Of a DNA stretch of 58,150 bases, positions 1 to 7,983 are shown piece by piece. Position numbers and translations under genes: made by a program. The notes under the pieces were generated by a model that ran no database searches, was not told the origin of the DNA, and was given only the letters and a program-made list of their open reading frames with translations. How positions within the stretch are numbered: the first letter of the stretch is position 1; each line of letters begins with the position of its first letter. The DNA comes from a virus (taxonomy: Duplodnaviria; Caudoviricetes), in the IMG/VR virus record IMGVR_UViG_3300033141_003493, positions 1 through 58,150 of that record. One strand, 5' to 3'.

Positions 1-70
1 TCTCAGACTTTGGAATGTAGCAAGTCATCACGTACATGCTGCCCCCTTTCTTTGGCAGAGGTGGGCGGGG

Positions 71-301
71 TTATCCCCGCCCTACCTCCGGCTGTAACTC
101 GCGCAGCTCATCAAAGATGAGCCGGTAGGCTTCCGCCCCGATGATGGCCCGCTCGCTGGCTGGCCGACCCTCCGCGCAAAACGTCGCCAGGTCCTGGGCG
201 TACCGCTCGGCGGAGTGGCCGAGCTGGAGGTATTCGGCCAGTGTGCACGTTTGCGCGGCGTATTGCTCGGCTACCATCTGCCGCAGTTGTTCCCTGTTCA
301 T
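71..301 (-). CDS. small early-region hypothetical protein (paralog of 53717-54130)
   Basis: 76-aa ORF with AAGAGGG-type SD; N-terminus MNREQLRQMVAEQY nearly identical to the ORF starting at 54130. Confidence 0.75.
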   Translation of the reverse strand: MNREQLRQMVAEQYAAQTCTLAEYLQLGHSAERYAQDLATFCAEGRPASERAIIGAEAYRLIFDELRELQPEVGRG

Positions 302-359
302 CTTGCCCTCTTTCTTTCGGGGCGGCCCCGGCTTTTACCAGAGCCGCCCCAGGCGAGCC

Positions 360-671
360 TTACGGCTCATACAACGGTCCGAAGTCGTCACTTTGCCGGC
401 GGACCCACGCCGTGGTATCCGGGTCGTCGTCGTAGTGCATATATGCGAGGTTGGCCGGTGTGGCCTCACGCCGTGGCAGCGGGCCACATGCGCCGGTTAC
501 GCGGCCGCCCTCCAGCCGGACGGCCCAGACCTCGCCGCTTCGCCGGTGCTGCCAGTACTGATATTCTGGCTCTACTCGAATCGTAAGCTTCGGGTCAAAG
601 TCGCATTCGAGGCACCGGAGCGCTGCGGTCTCCCAGTTCTCAAACGTTCCTAGCGGTGTTATATATCTCAT
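360..671 (-). CDS. hypothetical early protein
   Basis: 103-aa ORF, SD AAGGGGG upstream, part of leftward gene array. Confidence 0.7.
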   Translation of the reverse strand: MRYITPLGTFENWETAALRCLECDFDPKLTIRVEPEYQYWQHRRSGEVWAVRLEGGRVTGACGPLPRREATPANLAYMHYDDDPDTTAWVRRQSDDFGPLYEP

Positions 672-726
672 CGTTCCCCCTTTCTTTTGGGGGCGGCTCC
701 GACAGAAGCCAGAGCCGCCCCATGGC

Positions 727-933
727 CTATATCATTGCCCGCCGGGGCATTAGCCCCGTTGTGCCCTTGTCGCGCGGCCAGCGGTTGAGCGGCCAGTAGC
801 CAAACCGCCACCAGCGCCCACACTGCCGGCATTGCACTAGCCCGCGCCCCTCGTTGCTGTGGGGTGCGTCGGGTAACACAGTTCCACACGGGCACCGCCA
901 CCAGCCTTCTACTTTGTCCCATTCGGCGAACAT
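727..933 (-). CDS. small zinc-ribbon protein
   Basis: CPCG...CRQCG motifs; SD AAGGAGG. Confidence 0.65.
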   Translation of the reverse strand: MFAEWDKVEGWWRCPCGTVLPDAPHSNEGRGLVQCRQCGRWWRFGYWPLNRWPRDKGTTGLMPRRAMI

Positions 934-946
934 GATAACCTCCTTG

Positions 947-1138
947 CTAGTCCGTCCCTGGGCTGATATAGTATTCGGCCCAGTCCGGTTTTACCTTGTG
1001 CCGTCCGGCGGTTTGGATATCCCACCGGTCGCCTTCGATCGTCCGGTATCGGACGATCAGATAAGGCTCTTGGTACCTTTGCGCCCAGCGCCTGGCCGCC
1101 CACTGCGCGGCGGCCAGGTTGGCGTAGTACTCTCGCAT
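947..1138 (-). CDS. hypothetical early protein
   Basis: ATG at 1138 with SD AAGGGGG; MREYYANLAAAQW... Confidence 0.6.
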   Translation of the reverse strand: MREYYANLAAAQWAARRWAQRYQEPYLIVRYRTIEGDRWDIQTAGRHKVKPDWAEYYISPGTD

Positions 1139-1173
1139 TTGTCCCCCTTTGCCTAAAAGGGGCAAGGCGGGGG

Positions 1174-1434
1174 TTATTCCCCGCCTTGCCATTCTACCGC
1201 GTCCTCATCGATGATGAGGATTTCCTGATCGTCGTCGTCCTGGCCGTCATCCGGCGCCCAGACGGCCAGCGTCAAACTCTCACCGCGGGCGCGGTCCCAG
1301 TTGTCCCGCGCCCAGATAAACCGGTCATCGTCCGGTATGCCGCGGACGCTGCGGATGCCGAACCGGACGATTGGCCAGGCTGCTTCGTCCAGCAGCCTAG
1401 CCAGTTCGTACAACCCTGAGACCGTCAACCTCAT
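1174..1434 (-). CDS. hypothetical early protein, acidic C-terminus
   Basis: ATG at 1434 with SD AGGAGG; stop codon lies in a hairpin loop. Confidence 0.65.
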   Translation of the reverse strand: MRLTVSGLYELARLLDEAAWPIVRFGIRSVRGIPDDDRFIWARDNWDRARGESLTLAVWAPDDGQDDDDQEILIIDEDAVEWQGGE

Positions 1435-1435
1435 G

Positions 1436-1678
1436 TTATGCCTCCTGATCGATACTGATATACCAGACCGCGCCGGTCCCATCTCGGCGCGTAATCTGGT
1501 AGTGGCCCACACGTGCCGAACCCGTGACGTAGTAGATGGGCTTGTTGGTGCTTGGGTCCCATTCCTCCCGCCACGTTCTGGCGAGGTCCGCGGCGTAGGC
1601 GCGGGCTTCGCCAAGTGTGGGGAAGGACTCCGCAATGTCCGGCATATAGCCGGGCATCCGCTGGCTTACTACATACAT
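1436..1678 (-). CDS. hypothetical early protein
   Basis: 80-aa ORF, SD GGGAGG. Confidence 0.65.
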   Translation of the reverse strand: MYVVSQRMPGYMPDIAESFPTLGEARAYAADLARTWREEWDPSTNKPIYYVTGSARVGHYQITRRDGTGAVWYISIDQEA

Positions 1679-1738
1679 GATAACCTCCCTTCGGTTTCCC
1701 CGTGAGGGATATCATTCCCTCACGGGGTAAGACCTAAC

Positions 1739-1963
1739 CTAAAGCGGACGCGCCCAGTACAGCGCCCAAGTGAGACCGTCGGGCACGTCCTGCGGTCCGA
1801 GGGTGCGCCAGGTACCATTGGCGGCATATGCCGCAATGGTCCGGTGACCCTGCCGCTTGGTCACGACGTACTCGGTGCCGTTGTCGCCGATGGCAACGGC
1901 GACCGGGTGGCCGTGGTAGCCGTAGAAGTGGCTGATGAAGTTGTGAACCTCGGACGGTAGCAT
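1739..1963 (-). CDS. first gene behind duplicated early promoter (paralog of 57234-57500)
   Basis: ATG at 1963 with SD AAGGAGG; shares MxPxEV and PDGLTWxLxW with the 57234-57500 product. Confidence 0.7.
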   Translation of the reverse strand: MLPSEVHNFISHFYGYHGHPVAVAIGDNGTEYVVTKRQGHRTIAAYAANGTWRTLGPQDVPDGLTWALYWARPL

Positions 1964-1997
1964 GGGAAACCTCCTTGGTGGTGATGGGTGTGTGCGA

Positions 1998-2084
1998 CGC
2001 TTACAATGTAACACACAGTTACGATTTTGTCAAGTCCCCGGGGCCTAGATTCGGGGATTCGTTGGAGATTTTCACAAAGTCCGC
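1998..2084. repeat. 87-bp exact direct repeat, copy 1 (copy 2 at 57534-57620)
   Basis: cgcttacaatgtaac...cacaaagtccgc identical at both loci. Confidence 0.95.
2005..2033 (-). promoter_or_regulatory. sigma70-type promoter TTGACA-17-TACATT with GTAAC-N5-GTTAC palindrome
   Basis: consensus -35 at 2033-2028, -10 at 2010-2005, 17-bp spacer; inverted repeat 2008-2022. Confidence 0.8.
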
Positions 2085-2106
2085 GGTGGCAATCTGGGAG
2101 GAGGGT

Positions 2107-2503
2107 ACACGGGGAACTTGGACGACATACATATATAGGTAGTGCGATCCCGGCACTTGGGGAACTTGGGCGAGGACCCGCGGACTTGGAGGATTGGCCG
2201 AGGATACGACATATATATGTGACGTGTTGATGGTGTAGGCTCGGGGATTCGCGGACTTGGAGACTTGGGGGATTCGCGGACTTGGATACCTCCGCCCGGC
2301 GAGGACGGTAGGATTGGAACACGGAGCCCCTACCGTAGACTTGGAGGATTGCAGACTTGGGGATTGGCGGACTTGGTGAATGGTAGGCTTGGAGGACCTA
2401 GATACCTCCACCCGGTGACGATGATAGGCTTGGTTTGCTGATGGTAGGCTTGCGGACTTGGAGGATTCGCGGACTCGGGGATTGGAGACTTGGAGCCCTT
2501 GGA
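2107..2503 (+). repeat. strand-biased array of (G/A)CTTGG and GGATT motifs upstream of terS (candidate pac or protein-binding array)
   Basis: many copies of ACTTGG/GCTTGG, often as GGATTCGCGGACTTGG. Confidence 0.75.
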
Positions 2504-2505
2504 CG

Positions 2506-3024
2506 ATGACAAGCGAAGGCAAGTATAGCCACGAGCTGCGGGAAGTGCTAGCCCGGTTGTCTCCCGCTGCGCTGCGAATGGTTGAGACACGGCTTAGCTG
2601 TCGGAGCGAAGCGGAGACCGCCCGGCGTCTTGGTCTGGACCCGTCAACGATATATACCTGCGCCGAGATAGACGATATACGCCTAGCCGTCTCGCTGTGT
2701 ATGCGCGAGCGAATAGCGTTACATCAAGAACGCCTTACACGATTGGCTAGCCGTGCTATCGAGGTACTAGAATCCGAGTTAGATAACCCTAGCCCACGCG
2801 GTCACAGATACGACGCTGCTATCGCAATATTAGACCGTGTGCTTGGCAAGCCGACGGAACGGGTACAACTACAGTCAGACGCCCTAGCCGAAGTCTCCCG
2901 CCTAGTCTCGACCCTACGCCAACGCATCCCGACCGTAGAAGAGTCACAACGCCGCAAACAGGCACAGATAGCAGCACCGGACCCGGAGCCCGCCCTACCC
3001 CCGTCTGGTCCCGCCGAGCAGTGA
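2506..3024 (+). CDS. terS: terminase small subunit (HTH)
   Basis: N-terminal HTH (AETARRLGLDPSTIY), ILDRVLGKPTERV motif typical of small terminases, upstream of terL; start uncertain (2458 or 2506). Confidence 0.7.
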   Translation: MTSEGKYSHELREVLARLSPAALRMVETRLSCRSEAETARRLGLDPSTIYTCAEIDDIRLAVSLCMRERIALHQERLTRLASRAIEVLESELDNPSPRGHRYDAAIAILDRVLGKPTERVQLQSDALAEVSRLVSTLRQRIPTVEESQRRKQAQIAAPDPEPALPPSGPAEQ

Positions 3025-3111
3025 GGCTTGGGACATGGAGCCCCTCCCCTCCCGTTTTTGGAAACCCTTTTGCCCATTTCCCCTCCGCCCTGTATCCGCC
3101 AGAGTGACCGT

Positions 3112-3806
3112 GTGGCAGGGCCGCCGCGACTCTTGTCGCCGGCGATTGCAATCGCGGCGATTGGAAGTGGCAAGGCCACCGGCGATTGGAAATCGCATCG
3201 CTTTGCAGGATCAGTAAACAAAACACGGGGTTTAGGCCATGCTTAGCACCGTTTCGTTCGTCAAAATGCAGGATATGCTGCTAGGAACCGCAAGGAGGGA
3301 ATGCATGGCAAGGCCATCGGCGATTGGAAATCGCATAGTGACCACATGCAGCGCGGCGAGGCCCCCGACGATTGGAAATCGCGCCGCCGACGATTGGGAA
3401 TCGTATCGTGACGACTGGGGGTCGTATGATGGTTGGTGGTTCCGGCTTGCTGATATTGATGCGGTGAAGCGTTACTTTGGTGGTTGTACGATTGTGCTCA
3501 AATCCGGCAACACGGTTAGTCTACAGGGTGAGGAGGCCGACAGGTTTATGGCCGACTTGACATAGGTGGCAGAGCCACCGACGGTTGAAACGTGAATAAA
3601 AGTCACGAGTAAATGCGTATATATAAGTGAAGAGTTTCTCTGGACGTTTTCACCACGCTGTGTGGCAAGGCCACCGGCGATTGGAAATCGCAACGTAGAG
3701 ATATTCTCCTGGCCTTCCGTGGCAAGGCCACCGGCGACTAGAAGTCGCCCAGAATCCCCCCTACTTTCCCCCAACGCGGCATTTGCCGCCGACGATTAGA
3801 AATCGT
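3112..3806 (+). repeat. cluster of double-hairpin repeats, consensus GTGGC-AAG-GCCAC-CG-GCGAT-TGGAA-ATCGC
   Basis: copies near 3112, 3167, 3305, 3353, 3566, 3662, 3719, 3776 plus partial copies. Confidence 0.9.
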
Positions 3807-5129
3807 ATGGCAGAGTTAGCCCTTTGGGACATTCCGCTGGAGCTCAAGGAAGCCTTATGGGCGCACAGCGGTTACGTTCCCACCCCCGAACAACTAGCTG
3901 TCCATGCGGACAACTCCAGGATCAAGCAGGTCGTTGGCGGAGAGCGGGCCGGCAAGTCTCGCCTGACCGCCGAGGAGCTGTACTGCTGGGCCACCTACGA
4001 TCCGGGTCTCTACTGGATTGTAGGCCCGGACTACGATCTAGCCAGACCGGAGTTTGAGCACCTGGTCAGGGCTTTGGGAGTACAGATCAAAGACCTCTCT
4101 CAGCCGAAAGCAGGCTCCTGGGAGCTCAAGACCCACCTCGGGTCCCATGTAGTTACGAAGACCTCCACTGATCCTATGTCCCTGGCCGGGCGTGCTCCCA
4201 AGGGCATTGCTATGGTGGAGGCCGCCCAGCAAACCTACGAGGCCTTTCTGAGGGTACGGGGGCGGGTGGCCGAGACCCGGGGGCCGCTGATCCTTTCCGG
4301 GACTCTGGAGGGTGTCGCCTTCGTATCTTGGTATCACGACCTGTACAGGCGCTGGCGGGCCGACAACCCTGACGACGCTCGTTCTTTCTCCATCCCCACC
4401 TGGTCCAATACTGCCATTTTCCCCGGCGGCAGGGATGATCCCGAGATCAAGTCTCTGGAGGCCACCTACCCTCGGGACGTGTTTCTGGAGCGGTTCGGGG
4501 CCGAGCCCTCTATGCCTCTCAGTCTGGTCTTTCGTGAGTTCAGCCATCCGGAGCACGTTCAGACCTGCGTTCTCGACAAGAAGGAGGGCGTTCAGCTCTG
4601 GATAGACCCCGGATATGCGGGGGCTTACGCAGTGCTGGCCGTGCAGGTTCGGGACGAGCACGTGTACGTGCTGGACGAGGTTTACGAAAGGGGCCAGACC
4701 GCACACCAAGTCATTCAGGAGTGCAGGAGCCGCCCCTGGTGGAAGTATGTCAAAGCCGGGGTGATAGATATTGCCGCCAGGCAGCACCACGGTCAAGAGT
4801 CCCAACTGGAGATATGGGCGCATTTGACCGGCCTCCGACTCCATTCCCAGAAAGTCCCTATTCCCGATGGCATTCTCCGTCTCCGAACCTTCCTCGTTGA
4901 TCCCGAGACCGGGAAGCCCCGCATTACTTTCGACCCGAAGTGTGTCAACACTATCCGCGAGTTTGCCCTCTATCGGTACAAGGACGCAAAAGAGGGCCGC
5001 CCCATCTCAGAAACCCCGATTAGCGCCGACAACCACGCGATATCTGCTCTCATTTACGGCCTGGTGTCTAACTTTGGCTTTGTGCGGCTTCGCCGTGAGC
5101 GTATACGGGCCAGGATCAGCCGTAACTAA
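3807..5129 (+). CDS. terL: terminase large subunit
   Basis: Walker A GGERAGKS, Walker B-like IAMVEA, nuclease WIDPG and DNHAISAL motifs. Confidence 0.9.
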   Translation: MAELALWDIPLELKEALWAHSGYVPTPEQLAVHADNSRIKQVVGGERAGKSRLTAEELYCWATYDPGLYWIVGPDYDLARPEFEHLVRALGVQIKDLSQPKAGSWELKTHLGSHVVTKTSTDPMSLAGRAPKGIAMVEAAQQTYEAFLRVRGRVAETRGPLILSGTLEGVAFVSWYHDLYRRWRADNPDDARSFSIPTWSNTAIFPGGRDDPEIKSLEATYPRDVFLERFGAEPSMPLSLVFREFSHPEHVQTCVLDKKEGVQLWIDPGYAGAYAVLAVQVRDEHVYVLDEVYERGQTAHQVIQECRSRPWWKYVKAGVIDIAARQHHGQESQLEIWAHLTGLRLHSQKVPIPDGILRLRTFLVDPETGKPRITFDPKCVNTIREFALYRYKDAKEGRPISETPISADNHAISALIYGLVSNFGFVRLRRERIRARISRN

Positions 5130-5152
5130 GCGATCTTTGCGGCCTTGCCGTG

Positions 5153-5182
5153 GCGGCAAAGCCGCTGACGATCACGAATCGT
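5153..5182 (+). repeat. double-hairpin repeat copy between terL and portal
   Basis: GCGGC-AAA-GCCGC-TG-ACGAT-CACGA-ATCGT. Confidence 0.7.
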
Positions 5183-5193
5183 GAAGGACCACC

Positions 5194-7389
5194 ATGAGTG
5201 ACGAATACCCCGATCTGGACGCCCTGAAGGACCGCCTGAGGTCAGACTGGTCGGAGCGGGACCGCGTTATCAAGGAAATGCGCTCTCTGCGCTTTATGGA
5301 GTGGGAGCCAGAGGTCCCCGTAAGCATGGAGCCGGAGACGGTGAGATCGCCGATTGCTCACCAGATCGTGGAAAGAATGACCGGCACACTGACGGCCAAC
5401 CCCCCAACCATCACAGTTCCCCCTGCTGACGAGACCCAGGATGCCAGGGAACGATCCTCCAAGATGGAGAAGTTCCTGGCAGCGGGTATGCACAGGTTGC
5501 AACAGCAGTCGGACCAAGATGTCGTAGATCGGTTTATCGAGTCGCTCATCGCCGATGGTCACGGTTGTATGCGGATGCTCTATGCGCCGCAGCTGTGGCG
5601 CGGTTTCCCCCGCAAGACCAAGGATGAGGAAGACCGCGAGTACAACAAGCGGACCGAGATATGGAAAAAGGGGCGCTCCTTGCCGATTGCCTGGAACTGG
5701 GTAGACCCCCTTACTGTATATCCGCTGTACGGCGAGTTCGGGCTCTATGGCGTTCTGGAGATTGACGAAAGGGATCTTCTCACCCTCCACCCCGACAAGT
5801 GGAACATACAGAAGCCCGATTTGGAAAACCTATCCCGGCTCAACCGACGTAAGGGCACCTCGGTGGAGTTCGCTCAGTGGTGGACTCCAGAGACTCTCAC
5901 CTACTGGGTGGAGGGGGAGATCGTCCATCATCAGAAGCACAAGTACGGTGCTCCGCCCTATGTCTATGCCATGGGACTGGGCGCTGCCAGTACGGACCCC
6001 AAATACATGGGCATGTCCTGTATCTGGCCCATTCGGGAGCTCATTCCCTACCTGGATCGGCTGCTTTCCCAGAAGGCCACGGCTATTCGCATGTGGTGTT
6101 GGCCCACCGTGGTGGTCAGGCAAACGAACTTGAGCGATCTCATTGGCGCTGGGGAGGGGGAGACTCCGCTTAGGGAGATAAACATTGCTCCCGGTTCTAC
6201 GGTAAGTCTCTACCAGGATGAGGAGATCAGCTTCCTGACCTGGCAGGGGAACGGCCCCGATGCCGACGAGATGGTCCGGCTGGTGATGTCCATGATCGAG
6301 CGGGCCGGGCTCTCCGATGCCATGTACGGACAGTCTGCCGGCGAGTCGGGCTATGCACTGAACCAACTCATCGCCGCAGCCCGGATGCGCTTCAAGCCCA
6401 TCATCGCCCACGCGGAGCGGGCTCTGGAGATGCAGATGGAGGTGTTGCTGGACATCATCGAGAATCACGCCAAGCAGAAGCTCTACGTCTACCCCCGTGG
6501 GGAAAAGGGATGGATCGGTCTGGGTCCGGACGATATCAGGGGCTATCGCCAGGTTCGGGTAGAGCTGAACCCGGTTATGCCTACCGACGCCTATGCCAGG
6601 AGCTCCCAGGCTATCAACGAGGTGAACGCGGGACTTCGGAGCCGCGAGTCGGCCATGGAGATGATCGACATTCCCCAGCCCGATGAGGAGATGCGCCGCA
6701 TTCTGCTGGATAAGTGGAAGGCTGATCCCAAGGTGCAGCAGTGGCTCATAGACCAGGCTCTCAAGAAGGCCGGAATCATGCTCTCCCAGGGCGATATGAC
6801 TATGAGCCAGATACAGAAGGCGTATCCCGATATGCCCCCAGGATTGCAGCAAGCGGTATCGGCCAGGTTGCAGGCCAGCGCCCCTCCGGGGATGAGCGTA
6901 CAGCAACTGGGCATGAGGGAGCCTCCGCAGGGTGGATTTAGGCCCGGAGAGTCTCCCGGGATTGAGCAGGCCGGAATACCCATGGGGCTACCAATGGGAC
7001 AACCAATGGGACCACCAGTGGGGTTTCCAAGCGGCCCGGTAGCCATGGGTAACCCCCAGGAGCTGGTACAGCAGTATGCGCAGCTTGTTCAGGTGCTGGC
7101 CCAGAGGATGGGGATAACCGAAGAGCAACTGGTGCAGTGGCTCATTCAGCAAGCTCAGCAGCTGGGTATCCCGTTGCAGCAACTTATTCAGCAGTTAGCG
7201 GAAAGGATACTGGGCGGCGCTACGCCCACCGCCACGGGACAACAGTTTCGTGGGGCTGGGCCGCAGGTGATGGCTACACCCGGGGTTAGGGCTACGCCAC
7301 AGCCAGCTCGCGTAGGCAGAAGAGTGATGCCAAGTGGCATTGCTACAGGAATGGCACCCGCAGCAAAGCGCAGAGGAATAGAGTCCTAG
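5194..7389 (+). CDS. portal protein with long Q/P/G-rich C-terminal extension
   Basis: 731 aa directly after terL; podovirus-type portal features (DPLTVYP, SGYALNQL). Confidence 0.8.
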   Translation: MSDEYPDLDALKDRLRSDWSERDRVIKEMRSLRFMEWEPEVPVSMEPETVRSPIAHQIVERMTGTLTANPPTITVPPADETQDARERSSKMEKFLAAGMHRLQQQSDQDVVDRFIESLIADGHGCMRMLYAPQLWRGFPRKTKDEEDREYNKRTEIWKKGRSLPIAWNWVDPLTVYPLYGEFGLYGVLEIDERDLLTLHPDKWNIQKPDLENLSRLNRRKGTSVEFAQWWTPETLTYWVEGEIVHHQKHKYGAPPYVYAMGLGAASTDPKYMGMSCIWPIRELIPYLDRLLSQKATAIRMWCWPTVVVRQTNLSDLIGAGEGETPLREINIAPGSTVSLYQDEEISFLTWQGNGPDADEMVRLVMSMIERAGLSDAMYGQSAGESGYALNQLIAAARMRFKPIIAHAERALEMQMEVLLDIIENHAKQKLYVYPRGEKGWIGLGPDDIRGYRQVRVELNPVMPTDAYARSSQAINEVNAGLRSRESAMEMIDIPQPDEEMRRILLDKWKADPKVQQWLIDQALKKAGIMLSQGDMTMSQIQKAYPDMPPGLQQAVSARLQASAPPGMSVQQLGMREPPQGGFRPGESPGIEQAGIPMGLPMGQPMGPPVGFPSGPVAMGNPQELVQQYAQLVQVLAQRMGITEEQLVQWLIQQAQQLGIPLQQLIQQLAERILGGATPTATGQQFRGAGPQVMATPGVRATPQPARVGRRVMPSGIATGMAPAAKRRGIES

Positions 7390-7595
7390 TGAAAGCACAG
7401 CGCGCCCTGGCCTGGATCGAAGCTGACGACGATCACCTCCCCGAGGATGGACAAGACGTTGTGGTACAGACCTTCGAGGGGGATGAATACGTACTGGACT
7501 ACGACGGCAGCGACCTAGATAAAGGCTTTATGGTGGAGTGGGAGCATGTAATGCGTTGGCGTCCGGCCATCGACGAGGACTACGAGGGGTGGTGA
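7389..7595 (+). CDS. DUF551-like small protein
   Basis: WI..D.LPE.G..V.V...V..W.P pattern. Confidence 0.5.
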   Translation: MKAQRALAWIEADDDHLPEDGQDVVVQTFEGDEYVLDYDGSDLDKGFMVEWEHVMRWRPAIDEDYEGW

Positions 7596-7655
7596 CATGA
7601 TGCGAGCGGCGTGGCGACGGCAGCTAAGCGCCGGGGCATAGAGAGGTAGGTACAC

Positions 7656-7982
7656 ATGATCTGTTTGCTGAATAGCGTAACTGAGTCCAAGAATCGTGTT
7701 CGTGTTGGTGTCATTCACTACAAGCCTGAGCGCCTGAGCGCTGGGGTGCGCAACGCGGGCATCATGGTGGACAAGACGGAGGCAGACCTGCCGCGACCCG
7801 AGCAGCGAAGGGGTATGACGGGGGTGCTCTACTTCAACCCGGCCACTAAGGCGTTCTGGTACGAGTATGTGCCGAGGCCATTGACGCAGGAGGAGTTGCT
7901 TGAGGACCTTCTGAGCCGGCTTGATGAGACCAATGCTCGATTGGACAACCTGATAGCACGGTTAGAGGCATCACGGAGCTAA
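7656..7982 (+). CDS. putative fibre-associated chaperone
   Basis: LYFNPATKAFWYEYVPRPLTQEE motif plus coiled-coil tail; precedes the propeller gene. Confidence 0.5.
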   Translation: MICLLNSVTESKNRVRVGVIHYKPERLSAGVRNAGIMVDKTEADLPRPEQRRGMTGVLYFNPATKAFWYEYVPRPLTQEELLEDLLSRLDETNARLDNLIARLEASRS

Positions 7983-7983
7983 C

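Noticed and set aside
41-1730. Integron cassette array (attC sites)
   Set aside because: Hairpins are short and lack RYYYAAC/GTTRRRY ends; the integrase lacks an evident IntI insertion and sits at a tRNA att site
1998-2084. 87-bp repeat as terminal repeat or attL/attR
   Set aside because: Copies are internal, each is a promoter ahead of paralogous genes, and a separate tRNA-type att lies beside the integrase
1861-2590. Minus-strand ORFs with SKSANP repeats
   Set aside because: Translations of the ACTTGG/GGATT DNA repeat array with no SD; they span the promoter
3239-3565. 108-aa ORF between terS and terL
   Set aside because: N-terminal half is translated repeat sequence; only the last ~45 aa look protein-like and no clear start was found
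3112-3806. CRISPR mini-array (one copy ends in TTGAAAC)
   Set aside because: Inter-repeat distances are irregular (~18-160 bp), repeats vary with covariation, and copies occur elsewhere in inverted orientation; no cas operon
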